From: Candidatus Magasanikiibacteriota bacterium
GTDB lineage: Bacteria > Patescibacteriota > Patescibacteriia > Magasanikbacterales > UBA922
Direction of reading: 5' to 3'
DNA length: 64,000 nt
Assembly: GCA_041674805.1 (NCBI GenBank)
Contig: JBAYVA010000003.1
Span: 91,029 to 155,028 of the forward strand
In this document: positions 49,784 to 59,232 of the stretch, piece after piece
How the letters are laid out: the number at the start of each line of letters is the position of its first letter
Position numbering within the stretch: position 1 is the stretch's first letter
The notes under the pieces: generated by a model
Told to the model about the DNA's origin: nothing
Seen by the model: only the letters and a program-made list of their open reading frames with translations
Database searches by the model: none
Program-made: the position numbers and the translations under genes

Positions 49784-49927
49784 ATGCCTACAAAAAAACC
49801 TGCTACTAAGAAAAAAGTAGCTAAGAAACCAGCTAAAAAAACAGTAAAAAAAGCTGTAAAAAAAGTAGCTAAGAAAAAACCAGCTGCTAAAAAGAAAGTA
49901 GCTAAAAAAACTGCTAAGAAAAAATAA
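49784..49927 (+). CDS. Lys/Ala-rich histone H1-like small protein (47 aa)
   Basis: AGGAGGTGA Shine-Dalgarno, then MPTKKPATKKKVAKKPAKKTVKKAVKKVAKKKPAAKKKVAKKTAKKK*, followed by a terminator; too short for the ORF track. Confidence 0.85.
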   Translation: MPTKKPATKKKVAKKPAKKTVKKAVKKVAKKKPAAKKKVAKKTAKKK

Positions 49928-49940
49928 TATTTTTTCTTCA

Positions 49941-49972
49941 CAAAAAAAACACTCTCGTCTAGAGAGTGTTTT
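49941..49972. terminator. Bidirectional terminator
   Basis: aaaaaacactctc-gtcta-gagagtgttttt. Confidence 0.8.
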
Positions 49973-49988
49973 TGTTTTTTTAAAAATA

Positions 49989-51284
49989 TTATTTTTTATC
50001 TGCAAAAATTTTTACAGTACCAAACACACCATCATATCCTGGTTTCACAAAAATATTCCCACTACGCACACGTGAAATTGCTTCAGCAATTTTTTCTCCA
50101 GGTACTTTTGCAATCTGCGAAAGATCAGCTTCAAGTAAAATAAAAAATTCATTATGAAAATTCTGTAATAATTTTTCGTAAGTTTCACTAACTTTTTTGG
50201 TATTTACACCGCAAGCAAAAACATCTGCCAAAATTTCTGCCAAAGGTACAATACTTTGGTAAGGAATTTTTCTTTTACCAGCATCACGGGCTTCTTCAAT
50301 ACTTCTATCCGCCAATTCATGTACTCTATTCTCTACTCCGATAATTAATTTTTTACCACACTTCGGACAAAGTCCTTTCAATTTTTTTGTTTCTTCTGGA
50401 GCACAAGAAAAATTGCAAGACATATGTCCATCATAATGATACTTTCCTTCTTCTGGAAAAAATTCTATCGTCGAAATAAATTTTTTTCTATCTTGTTCAT
50501 CAATAATTCTTTTTATTTCTGTATAAGTAATATCTTTTTCTGATTTAAAATAAAAAACATTAGCTTCCCTACCTAGTTTGGCATTACTATGCGCATCAGA
50601 ATTTGATATGAGCGTGATATTATCCAAACTTGACAACCTCCAGTTCATGAGTGGATCGCTCGACAGACCCGTCTCTATGGCCCGTACATAAGGTGTCAAT
50701 TCTTCAAACGCGTCTTGCAAAGAATCATAACCACCTTTGCTACCAAAAATACCAAACCACGGTGTCCAAGCATGCGCCGGAATCATCATCATGCGTTCAT
50801 CGGTCTCAAGCATGAGTTCCAAAATCTGTTTTGAAGTCAAACCCAAAATAGGACGACCATCAGATTTCAAATTGAAACCCATTTTATTCAATTTATTATT
50901 AAATTTTTCAGCCACTTCAATACTTGGTGCAAAAATAAGCAAATGAATTCTACGTGTTTTACCTTTGTGTTTTTTTATAGAAGCAATTTCCGTCCCAACT
51001 ATAAAGCGCGTCTTAGAGTCAACGTCATCACCTCTCCTATTAGGAGAGGTCGACTGGGACGACGCAGTCCCAGCGGGTGAGGTCTTTAATTTATAAACTC
51101 CTTCCGTATCCTCAACCAAACAATCTTTCATATGTTGGAACCACTTCGGATGCGTAAAATCTGAAGTAGATATAATATCTATTCCTTTGGTTTCACAAGT
51201 CTTTGCAATCAAAGGCAATTCTAAACTCTTCGAGCAAGCACGAGAATATTTTGAATGGATGTGCAAGTCAAGCACTTTTTTCAT
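49989..51284 (-). CDS. PHP-domain endonuclease Q family protein
   Basis: DLHIHSKYSRACS, PAHAWTPWFG, ETGLSSDP, SNSDAHS, EGKYHYDGH, CPKCG, PGYDGVFG. Confidence 0.87.
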   Translation of the reverse strand: MKKVLDLHIHSKYSRACSKSLELPLIAKTCETKGIDIISTSDFTHPKWFQHMKDCLVEDTEGVYKLKTSPAGTASSQSTSPNRRGDDVDSKTRFIVGTEIASIKKHKGKTRRIHLLIFAPSIEVAEKFNNKLNKMGFNLKSDGRPILGLTSKQILELMLETDERMMMIPAHAWTPWFGIFGSKGGYDSLQDAFEELTPYVRAIETGLSSDPLMNWRLSSLDNITLISNSDAHSNAKLGREANVFYFKSEKDITYTEIKRIIDEQDRKKFISTIEFFPEEGKYHYDGHMSCNFSCAPEETKKLKGLCPKCGKKLIIGVENRVHELADRSIEEARDAGKRKIPYQSIVPLAEILADVFACGVNTKKVSETYEKLLQNFHNEFFILLEADLSQIAKVPGEKIAEAISRVRSGNIFVKPGYDGVFGTVKIFADKK

Positions 51285-51300
51285 AGCAAGTTATTAATAA

Positions 51301-51392
51301 AACAATCCTGATTTTCGGATAATACGGATGATACGGATTATAAACTAAGTTAAAAAATATTTGTGAATATTCGTTTTACATTTGTGTTATCC
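51301..51392. repeat. Dispersed periodic inverted-repeat element (copy 3)
   Basis: Reverse complement aligns with 14233-14322. Confidence 0.8.
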
Positions 51393-51415
51393 ATAACAGT
51401 GTAGTCCCAAATAAC

Positions 51416-52138
51416 TTACAAATATTCTATTTCTTCATCTGAAAGTCGCTTTATTCCGGTGTCATTTTCCACTTCTTCCAAAACCTGAGCCACAAGACCT
51501 GGTACACGAGCGATGATAAATATACCGTTTCCAATATTACTTGCCATTCCCATATCACAAAGTATAGCAGCAATAGCACCATCTGCATTGAGTGGTAATT
51601 TTTTGGATGAAATTTCATTCAAGTTTTTTTCAACCACCAAAGCCAATTCACAATGTTGACCAAAAATATCATTTTGTTTTGCTATTTCAAACAATTTCAC
51701 AGTGCGTGGATCAGCATCTTCGAAAAATTTGTGACCATATCCCAAAACATATTGTTTGTTTTCTTTCATTTGTTTTAGCAAAGTCAACCAATCTTTTTCA
51801 TCTTCATGATTATAAAAAAATTCCATAGCTTGTGAAATGACTACACCATGCCTTTCACCAAGACCAAGTAGTCCTGCTGCTACTGACGCATGAAGAGGAT
51901 TTTTAGCAGAAGCTGAAATACGAGCAGTCAGAGCAGAAGCCGTTGCAGGACCATGATCAATGACTGAACTCAAAATTGCTTCAAACATTTTTGTTTGTTT
52001 TTTGTCTGGAATTTTTCCGGTCAACAAGAAAAAAATATTTTGTGCAAAAGTATTTTCTGTCATCAATTTTTCTAATTTTTCACCACGAATTATTTCTTCT
52101 CCTTTTTCTACTTTGGTTAGTTTGGTTTGGAATTTCAT
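51416..52138 (-). CDS. Citryl-CoA lyase
   Basis: IDHGPATAS, G.RHG, GYGHK...DPR, LNADGAIAAIL (citrate synthase-like fold, short). Confidence 0.85.
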   Translation of the reverse strand: MKFQTKLTKVEKGEEIIRGEKLEKLMTENTFAQNIFFLLTGKIPDKKQTKMFEAILSSVIDHGPATASALTARISASAKNPLHASVAAGLLGLGERHGVVISQAMEFFYNHEDEKDWLTLLKQMKENKQYVLGYGHKFFEDADPRTVKLFEIAKQNDIFGQHCELALVVEKNLNEISSKKLPLNADGAIAAILCDMGMASNIGNGIFIIARVPGLVAQVLEEVENDTGIKRLSDEEIEYL

Positions 52139-52142
52139 ATAT

Positions 52143-52166
52143 ATCCTGAAGCGCAGCGAGGGATCT
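52143..52166 (+). repeat. REP-like element (second copy at 59146-59170)
   Basis: atcctgaagcgcagcgagggatct versus atcctgaagcgtagcgaaggatct, both followed by gtaga. Confidence 0.65.
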
Positions 52167-52241
52167 GTAGACCCTGAGCACGCTAATTAAAATTAAAATT
52201 TTACCGAAGTTTTCTAAATATTCTGCGTAAATCCGCGTCTC

Positions 52242-53138
52242 TCAAGCAAAAGGTTTTATCAATGTAACAAGATCTTCATATCTATCCGCAATCATCACAC
52301 CCACTTCGGACAAAGCTTTGGATTTTTCTAGAGCTCCTTTGCCACGCTCCACAATCGCACCAGCATGACCAATATTCATACCTTCTGGCAAAGTGCTAGC
52401 AAATTTTCCACCGATATAAATCGCGAGCGGTTTGGAATATTCCTTATTTTTGATAAGATCTACTATTTCAAATTCATAACTACCACCATGCTCACCAAAA
52501 ATTATCACGGCTTTTGTTTCCTCATCTTTTTCAAATAATTTCAACAAATCTGCATAAGTCGTGCCCATAAGTAAGTCCCCTCCCACATGCACAGCAGTAC
52601 TTTGTCCCAATCCTGCTTTTCGCACTTGCCAAGAAACTTCATTTGTCATACCACCCGAACGAGAAATAATACCAATACTACCAGGAGTAAATATTTCGTC
52701 AGCTTGTACTTTTGGTCCACCGACTACACCAATACGTCCAAGACCTGGGGCAATATAGCCAAGCGAACTTGGTCCGATGATTTGAATATTTTTTTCTTTG
52801 GCAGCAGCTAGACAATAAGCTGTATCACGAATTGGCACACGCTCTACAATCGTATTGATTTGTGAAATACCAGACTCAATCGCTTCCAAGATTGCCGCTT
52901 TGGCCGCAAATGGTGGTACATAAATAGCAGTCGTCGTAATATCTGGAAACTGCGCCACAGCTTCAGCTACAGTATTGAAAACTGGTTTACCAAGCACTTC
53001 TTCTCCGCCTTTGCCAGGACGCACTCCACCAATAACGTTGGTACCATAATCCAGCATAGCTTTGGCAGCTTTTTCACCTTCGTTACCAGTGATACCTTGA
53101 ACGAGGACTTTAGTATTTTTGTTTATTAAGATTGACAT
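52242..53138 (-). CDS. Citryl-CoA synthetase / succinyl-CoA ligase alpha-like subunit
   Basis: VLVQGITG, IYVPP, IIGPSSLG, SRSGGM, GHAGA (phospho-His). Confidence 0.87.
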   Translation of the reverse strand: MSILINKNTKVLVQGITGNEGEKAAKAMLDYGTNVIGGVRPGKGGEEVLGKPVFNTVAEAVAQFPDITTTAIYVPPFAAKAAILEAIESGISQINTIVERVPIRDTAYCLAAAKEKNIQIIGPSSLGYIAPGLGRIGVVGGPKVQADEIFTPGSIGIISRSGGMTNEVSWQVRKAGLGQSTAVHVGGDLLMGTTYADLLKLFEKDEETKAVIIFGEHGGSYEFEIVDLIKNKEYSKPLAIYIGGKFASTLPEGMNIGHAGAIVERGKGALEKSKALSEVGVMIADRYEDLVTLIKPFA

Positions 53139-53152
53139 AAATAAAATAAATT

Positions 53153-53557
53153 TTAAAGTGTCATATCAGCTAAAACTAAATTAAAAAGTATAATAAAAGA
53201 ACAAATTAACGCAAGTAAAAACCAAACTAAAAAAATTCTACTAATAATTATAAATTTTTTTGAAGAAGTATCTTTTGCTTTGAAAAGCATGAAAAAAAAT
53301 AATATATAATATACAGCACCAAACAAAAATACAATTTCATCCATGAAAAAATTTGGATTTATAAAAGAAGAAATCATTGTTATTGGTAATACAGGAAATA
53401 AATAAGCAAATAAAGGCAAAATCCTAAAATTACTAAATTCCCAAGAAGGTGTTTGAAACCCAATAAAAGCAACCATCAAGAAAAATAAATGCACAGCAAA
53501 CCAAGTCCAACCAATTCTCTTAGGTGAATTTTTGTAATATTCTTTTATTCTATTCAT
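53153..53557 (-). CDS. Hypothetical membrane protein
   Basis: About 4 TM helices; in operon. Confidence 0.6.
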   Translation of the reverse strand: MNRIKEYYKNSPKRIGWTWFAVHLFFLMVAFIGFQTPSWEFSNFRILPLFAYLFPVLPITMISSFINPNFFMDEIVFLFGAVYYILFFFMLFKAKDTSSKKFIIISRIFLVWFLLALICSFIILFNLVLADMTL

Positions 53558-53571
53558 ATAGTTTTTGATAA

Positions 53572-54114
53572 TTATAATTTTAAATATTCTTTAGCACGTA
53601 AAATAACGGCAATAGCTGGTCCATGTACAATTGTACCATCTACAGCCCAATCTATTGCTTGTTGCATTGATACTTTTTCCAAAGATAATGTTTCTTCATC
53701 TGAATCAAGTGATATTTCTGGTATTGAATCAAGTTCTGCGAGAAAAAGATATTCTGTATGATGAATATTACTGGTAAGTCCAGAAATAGTACCAAGTGGA
53801 ATTAACTTTTTTGGTAGAACACCTATTTCCTCTTCTGTCTCACGACGAGCCGCTTGTTCGGGTGTTTCACCTTCATCTAGCTTTCCCCCAGGTGTTTCTA
53901 TTGTTATTTCTCCATAGCCATGACGATATTGTTTTATCAAATAAACATTTCCTTCCTTGTCAATTGGCAAAACAGAAGAACCAAATGGTAATTCTAAAAC
54001 TACAAAATTTAATTCTCTATTAAGCTCATCTATCACAATATCCTCGCGCAACCTTGCCCAAGGATTTTTGAAAATTTCCTTTGTAGATTCTACTTTCCAT
54101 TTTTTTGGTTCCAT
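53572..54114 (-). CDS. NUDIX hydrolase (ADP-ribose pyrophosphatase-like)
   Basis: KQYR, PGGKLDEGETPEQAARRETEEEIG Nudix box. Confidence 0.92.
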   Translation of the reverse strand: MEPKKWKVESTKEIFKNPWARLREDIVIDELNRELNFVVLELPFGSSVLPIDKEGNVYLIKQYRHGYGEITIETPGGKLDEGETPEQAARRETEEEIGVLPKKLIPLGTISGLTSNIHHTEYLFLAELDSIPEISLDSDEETLSLEKVSMQQAIDWAVDGTIVHGPAIAVILRAKEYLKL

Positions 54115-54118
54115 ATTA

Positions 54119-54433
54119 TTATTTTCTATTAAACAACTTTTTAAAATTCAACAAAATCATTGGCAATAAAAAACCAATAAAACCAAATTGTATAACACCT
54201 AAAACAAAATAAAAGGATTCTGACAAATTATATACATCAAATTTGAAAATTTTGCTTAAAAAATCTACCAAAATATAAACTGGTAATTCTAAATATAAAA
54301 CTGACATCATAGCTTCACAATCACGACCATACATTTCACAAGGTGCCCAAGCAACTAAATAATAAAGAACAAATAAACCCATCAACAAAACAGACACAAA
54401 TGTATATAAATATAAATTCTTTTTTTCAAACAT
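54119..54433 (-). CDS. Hypothetical membrane protein
   Basis: About 3 TM helices; in operon. Confidence 0.55.
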   Translation of the reverse strand: MFEKKNLYLYTFVSVLLMGLFVLYYLVAWAPCEMYGRDCEAMMSVLYLELPVYILVDFLSKIFKFDVYNLSESFYFVLGVIQFGFIGFLLPMILLNFKKLFNRK

Positions 54434-54445
54434 AAAATTATTAAA

Positions 54446-55726
54446 TTATTTAATCAAATCCGCCAAAACCTGAGCAGTGTCGCTCATACTTGTTTCTTTG
54501 CCAAATAATTTCATATTAAGGTTATTTCTCTTAGCACACTCTTCCATCACACGCATACCTTCTTTGTCATCAGGCCCAGCCCGACGGACAACTATTGGAA
54601 AGGCCGGCTTGATTTCGTCGAGAGCATCCACTATTCCTTTGAAAGTTTCAGCCACATTAGTAAAGTTAGCTACTACACCACACATCCACAAGCCTTTTAG
54701 CCCTGGTTTGGACAAAACTATTTTGGTTAGCTCATAGACTTTTTCCCGAGGAGGATTGCCTGAATATTCCGTATAATTGGCAGGATCTAAGCCAACTTTT
54801 TTTAAAGCATCCATATTAGCAATACTTGCTCCTCCACCATTTAAGATAAGAGCAATGTCGCCATCTAGCTCAATGTATTTGCCAGCTGTACCTTGGTAAT
54901 ACTTTTCACCTTTATCAATTTCTTGTACATCAATTTCTCGTTCAGTCGCCGGACGACCAAGCATAGTACGAGATTCAAACAAATCCCAATCTGTAATAGT
55001 TGACTGTTCTATTCCTTTTTCTTTAGCACGCTCTTGTGCTTCTTTATTATGACGGAAAAAAGCATCATCATCAAGTGCTACTTTGGCATCGAGAGCTACT
55101 ATTTCTCCAGAAGTTGTTTTGACAAGCGGATTTATTTCTACAACTCTAGTATCCTCAGCGAGAAAACATTGCCAAAGTCTTTGAGCAACTTCTAGATACT
55201 CCTCCCCTATTAGGGGAGGTTGGGAGGGGTTAGATAACTCTGACAAACTTGCTTTTGTGTAACCCCCTCTAACTCCCCCTACAAGGGGGAGAACACTATC
55301 TCGTATATCCAAGGGAACACGTAAAATCTTTTCATCAGAGACATCCTCAATATCCATGCCACCTTCAGTACTAAAAATCAAAACAGGTTGTTTTTTGTTG
55401 GTATCATAAGTGATAGATAAATAATTTTCACTCTCAATATTTATTTTTTCAGTGAGTAAAATTGCTGAAACATATTGTCCACGAATAGACATGGCAAAAA
55501 TTTCTGTAACGGCTTTTTCGACTTCTTCTAAATTATTACAAAATTTTATACCATTATTTTTTCCACGCTTACCAGACAATACTTGAGCTTTGACCACAAC
55601 ACTAACCAAACCTAATTTTTTATAAGCCTCAGCCACATTATCACCACGATGAATAATAACTCCAACAGGAATTTTTATGTTATGTTTTTGAAATAAAGTT
55701 CTACCTTCGAACTCGTATAAGTTCAT
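54446..55726 (-). CDS. ATP-citrate lyase beta / citryl-CoA synthetase large subunit (ATP-grasp)
   Basis: MNLYEFEG, VKAQVLSGKRGK, EINPL, LDAKVALDDDAFFR, GGGAS, ANYTEYSGNP, ANFT, VRRAGP. Confidence 0.87.
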   Translation of the reverse strand: MNLYEFEGRTLFQKHNIKIPVGVIIHRGDNVAEAYKKLGLVSVVVKAQVLSGKRGKNNGIKFCNNLEEVEKAVTEIFAMSIRGQYVSAILLTEKINIESENYLSITYDTNKKQPVLIFSTEGGMDIEDVSDEKILRVPLDIRDSVLPLVGGVRGGYTKASLSELSNPSQPPLIGEEYLEVAQRLWQCFLAEDTRVVEINPLVKTTSGEIVALDAKVALDDDAFFRHNKEAQERAKEKGIEQSTITDWDLFESRTMLGRPATEREIDVQEIDKGEKYYQGTAGKYIELDGDIALILNGGGASIANMDALKKVGLDPANYTEYSGNPPREKVYELTKIVLSKPGLKGLWMCGVVANFTNVAETFKGIVDALDEIKPAFPIVVRRAGPDDKEGMRVMEECAKRNNLNMKLFGKETSMSDTAQVLADLIK

Positions 55727-55764
55727 AAATTATTTTATTGATTTATTAGTTTATTTTTTATTGG

Positions 55765-55867
55765 TATCAGTTCAAATCTGTTAAATTTGTTCAATATGTG
55801 TTCTATCTAAATTTTGTAGTTTAGATAGAACACTGATCCAACTGATTAAACTGATAAAAACAGATAT
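55765..55867. repeat. Intergenic ~9-mer periodic inverted repeat
   Basis: atcagttcaaatctgtt...tgttctatctaaa/tttagatagaaca...ctgattaaactgataaaaacagat. Confidence 0.7.
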
Positions 55868-55868
55868 T

Positions 55869-56276
55869 TTAATTTATAAATTCAACTTGTGCTCGACAAC
55901 CAGCACAGCCTGCCCCGTGTGAACCTTCTTTAGCTTTTGAGGCTTTCAAATTCAAACGAAAATTCTTACCATGATCATGAAATCCTAGTTTTTCATAAAA
56001 ATGATGCATATCATCCCTACCGTATCTACTTTGCATCAAAATTTTATAACAACCTATTTCTCTAGCTTTTTCAATCATGGTTTTCAAAAGTTTGGTACCA
56101 ACACCTTGTCCACGATATTCTTCATCCACTGCAAAATATTCAAAAAGAGCATAAGGCTCATCATGAAAATCATTTTTAATAATGAATATATAACCATGAG
56201 CAATTTCTTTTTTGTCTTCATTGTTTATAAAAAAACGTATACCTTCTGATTGAAATTCTTTTGTTTGTATTTCCAT
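55869..56276 (-). CDS. GNAT acetyltransferase, GNA1 (glucosamine-6-P N-acetyltransferase)-like
   Basis: AVDEEYRGQGVGTKL...AREIGCYKI...FYEKLGF; downstream of glmS-yvcK. Confidence 0.7.
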   Translation of the reverse strand: MEIQTKEFQSEGIRFFINNEDKKEIAHGYIFIIKNDFHDEPYALFEYFAVDEEYRGQGVGTKLLKTMIEKAREIGCYKILMQSRYGRDDMHHFYEKLGFHDHGKNFRLNLKASKAKEGSHGAGCAGCRAQVEFIN

Positions 56277-56280
56277 AAAT

Positions 56281-57246
56281 TTATAAACCCATTATTTCTT
56301 TTAATGAATTAGCCAATTTGTCTGGACAAAGTCCACCACCAATTCTTTCATAATCACATTCAAGCACATTGTGATCTAATAAGTTTTCTTTATCATATCC
56401 TATCAGCTCCCAACCACGTTCTTTATATTTTTCTTTTTCTTCTTTATTCAAAATATGATTATTATAAATAATATAATCAAGTTTCCTACCAATATATTTT
56501 TCCAAAGTCAACACAGCTTCACTAAATTCTGTAGGTCCAGTTTCTCCAGTCAAGTGATAAGCATTACCAAAAACATAAATCAATTTTGCTTTTGATTTTT
56601 GTAAAGCCTCTTTAAATCCTTTTGGTAAAATAGTTGCGATAACACTAGTATAGAGATCTCCAGGTCCAAGAAAAATATAATCTGCTTTTCCCAAAACTTT
56701 TTTTGTATCTACATAAATAGCAGGGCTTTCTTTTTCGTTTTCTTTTTCTAACCAAACTTTTTTTATTTTGATATTATTATCATATTTTGGTTCATCAATA
56801 TCTGCCTCACCAAAAATAATATCTCCATTTTGCAATTCAGCCAACAAATTACTTTTTTCAAGAGTTGTAGGATAAACAGTCGCTACAGATTCCAAAGCTT
56901 GTTCAAAAGCTCTCACAGCTGTCATAAAATCACTATACTGTGCGGCAAAAGTTAAAAATATATTTCCAATATTATGATTAGTCAAATTGCCAGAATCAGA
57001 AAATCTGTTTTTATAAAAAATTTGTTTCAAAAAATGATAATCATACTTTGAAACAGACAAAATAGCTCTCATAATATCTCCAGGAGGCAAAACACCTAAT
57101 TCTTTTCTAAGTTTACCGGTTGAAGAACCACCTGAATCACTCATACCCACAACAACCGACAAATTTATATTATCAATAAATTTTTTTAAAGCGACGACAG
57201 TCGTTGGCATACCATTCCCTCCACCAATTGTAACAACATTTTTCAT
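56281..57246 (-). CDS. YvcK/GlmR (UPF0052, CofD-like) family protein
   Basis: VTIGGGNG, DSGGSS.G.LR..LGVLPPGD, LGPGDLYTSV. Confidence 0.9.
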   Translation of the reverse strand: MKNVVTIGGGNGMPTTVVALKKFIDNINLSVVVGMSDSGGSSTGKLRKELGVLPPGDIMRAILSVSKYDYHFLKQIFYKNRFSDSGNLTNHNIGNIFLTFAAQYSDFMTAVRAFEQALESVATVYPTTLEKSNLLAELQNGDIIFGEADIDEPKYDNNIKIKKVWLEKENEKESPAIYVDTKKVLGKADYIFLGPGDLYTSVIATILPKGFKEALQKSKAKLIYVFGNAYHLTGETGPTEFSEAVLTLEKYIGRKLDYIIYNNHILNKEEKEKYKERGWELIGYDKENLLDHNVLECDYERIGGGLCPDKLANSLKEIMGL

Positions 57247-57298
57247 ATTTAAAATATTTTGTTTTAATGTTTTTATGTTTTCATATTTTAATGAAAAA

Positions 57299-59134
57299 CT
57301 ATTCTACTGTAACAGATTTTGCTAAGTTACGTGGTCTATCCACATCACGACCTAAAGTCACAGCAGTATGATAAGCAAACAATTGCAAAGCCACACTATT
57401 CAAAAGTGGTTCTAGCAACTCCATAGTTTCTGACACATAGATAATATCTTCAGACAAATCTTTGGCACCAACATCACCTTCAGTAGCTATCAAAATAACC
57501 GGCGCTTTACGAGCTTTTATTTCTTCCACGTTGCTTCTCATTTTATCATAAAGTTGATTTTTGGTCATAATAGCAAAAATAGGAAAGTCCGTACTAAGCA
57601 AAGCAATATGTCCATGCTTTAGTTCTCCACCAGGAAAAGCATCTGCATGCACATAAGAAATTTCTTTGAGTTTGAGAGCACCTTCCAAAGCTACTGGATA
57701 ATTGACACCACGCCCAATAAACATCATATTTTTGGTATTTTTGTATTTTTCCGCAATAACTTTTATATTATCACTTTGCTCCAAAATTTTAGTCATTTTT
57801 TCTGGTATTTCAAGCATTGCTTTCAAAATTCTTTCTCCTGTAGCTAGACTAGTTCTCTTGAGACGACCGAATTGTAAAGCATACAAGAGCAAGACTGCTA
57901 CTGTATTAGTATAAGCTTTGGTAGAAGCTACAGCTAGCTCTGGACCAGCATGAATATAAGTTCCTCCATCAGTTTCTCTGGCAATTGTAGAACCAACAAC
58001 ATTTACTACACCACGCACAAAAGCACCTTTACGTTTGGCTTCACGCAAGGCTGCCAAAGTATCGGCAGTTTCGCCAGATTGAGACAACACAAAAACCAAA
58101 GTTTTTTCGTCAACAATTGGATCACTATAACGAAATTCACTAGAAACTTCTACCGTAGTAGGAATTCCTGCCAAACGCTCAAAAGCATATTTGCCAACCA
58201 TACCAGCATACGAAGCTGTGCCACAAGCAATCAAAATTATTTTGTTGACACTATGCATTTCTTCTTCTGTCATGTTAATTCCTCCCAAAAAAGAAATACC
58301 ATTTTTCAAATCATAGCGCCCACGAATAGCATCTACAAAAACTCTTGGTTGATCAAAAATTTCTTTGAGCATGAAATGTGGAAAACCTTGTTTCTGTGCT
58401 TCAGCTTCATCCCATTCTATTTCTTCAATATTTTTTTGTACAATTTCATCTTTGATATTGAAAGTATTCATCTTACCTCCACTAATTTCCAAGACTTCAT
58501 TGTCATCCAAGAAAATTACTTTTTTGGTATAAGACAAAATTGGTGAAGCATCACTCGCAATAAAATATTCTTCCTGTCCATTGTCAGTATTTACTCCCAC
58601 AACAAGAGGACTTCCCAGACGAGCAGCTACAATAGTATCTGGATGATCACTATGCATGGCTACCAATGCGTAAGTACCACGCACCATAGTCAAAGATTTT
58701 TCTACAGCCAAACGCAAGTCTCCAGTATAATTATTTTCAATTAAGTGCGCCAAAATTTCAGTATCAGTTTCTGTTTTGAAAGTATGTTTACTTCCCAACA
58801 TTTCTTTTATTTCTCGATAGTTTTCTATAATACCATTATGAACAATGACCAGTTTTTCATCACAACCAAAATGAGGATGAGCATTTTCCTCTGTCACTCC
58901 GCCATGTGTAGCCCAACGAGTATGAGCAATTCCCACATGCCCTGTGAATTTTTCATTTTTTATTTTGTCAGCCAAATTATCTATGCGACCAACTGATCTA
59001 ATTCTTTTGATACTAGAATCTTCAATGATAGCCACACCCGCACTATCATAACCACGATATTCAAGACGTCGCAAACCTTTTATTAAAATTGGTAATGCTT
59101 CTTTATTCCCGATGTATCCAATTATTCCGCACAT
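57299..59134 (-). CDS. glmS: Glutamine--fructose-6-phosphate transaminase
   Basis: MCGIIG, LEYRGYDSAG, HTRWATHG, SQSGETAD, PRNLAKSVTVE. Confidence 0.98.
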   Translation of the reverse strand: MCGIIGYIGNKEALPILIKGLRRLEYRGYDSAGVAIIEDSSIKRIRSVGRIDNLADKIKNEKFTGHVGIAHTRWATHGGVTEENAHPHFGCDEKLVIVHNGIIENYREIKEMLGSKHTFKTETDTEILAHLIENNYTGDLRLAVEKSLTMVRGTYALVAMHSDHPDTIVAARLGSPLVVGVNTDNGQEEYFIASDASPILSYTKKVIFLDDNEVLEISGGKMNTFNIKDEIVQKNIEEIEWDEAEAQKQGFPHFMLKEIFDQPRVFVDAIRGRYDLKNGISFLGGINMTEEEMHSVNKIILIACGTASYAGMVGKYAFERLAGIPTTVEVSSEFRYSDPIVDEKTLVFVLSQSGETADTLAALREAKRKGAFVRGVVNVVGSTIARETDGGTYIHAGPELAVASTKAYTNTVAVLLLYALQFGRLKRTSLATGERILKAMLEIPEKMTKILEQSDNIKVIAEKYKNTKNMMFIGRGVNYPVALEGALKLKEISYVHADAFPGGELKHGHIALLSTDFPIFAIMTKNQLYDKMRSNVEEIKARKAPVILIATEGDVGAKDLSEDIIYVSETMELLEPLLNSVALQLFAYHTAVTLGRDVDRPRNLAKSVTVE

Positions 59135-59232
59135 ATGATTTTTATTATCCTGAAGCGTAGCGAAGGATCTGTAGAGTCTGAGAACTTTTGTTTTAGCTAC
59201 GTTCTTTGTTGATGAGTTAAATACTTTATTTG

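Noticed and set aside
49735-50005. Two minus-strand Phe-rich ORFs
   Set aside because: Antisense shadows of the plus-strand Lys/Ala-rich gene, which has the Shine-Dalgarno and terminator.
59135-59232. glmS ribozyme upstream of glmS
   Set aside because: The spacer is short, lacks the conserved ribozyme core and contains a REP-like repeat instead.
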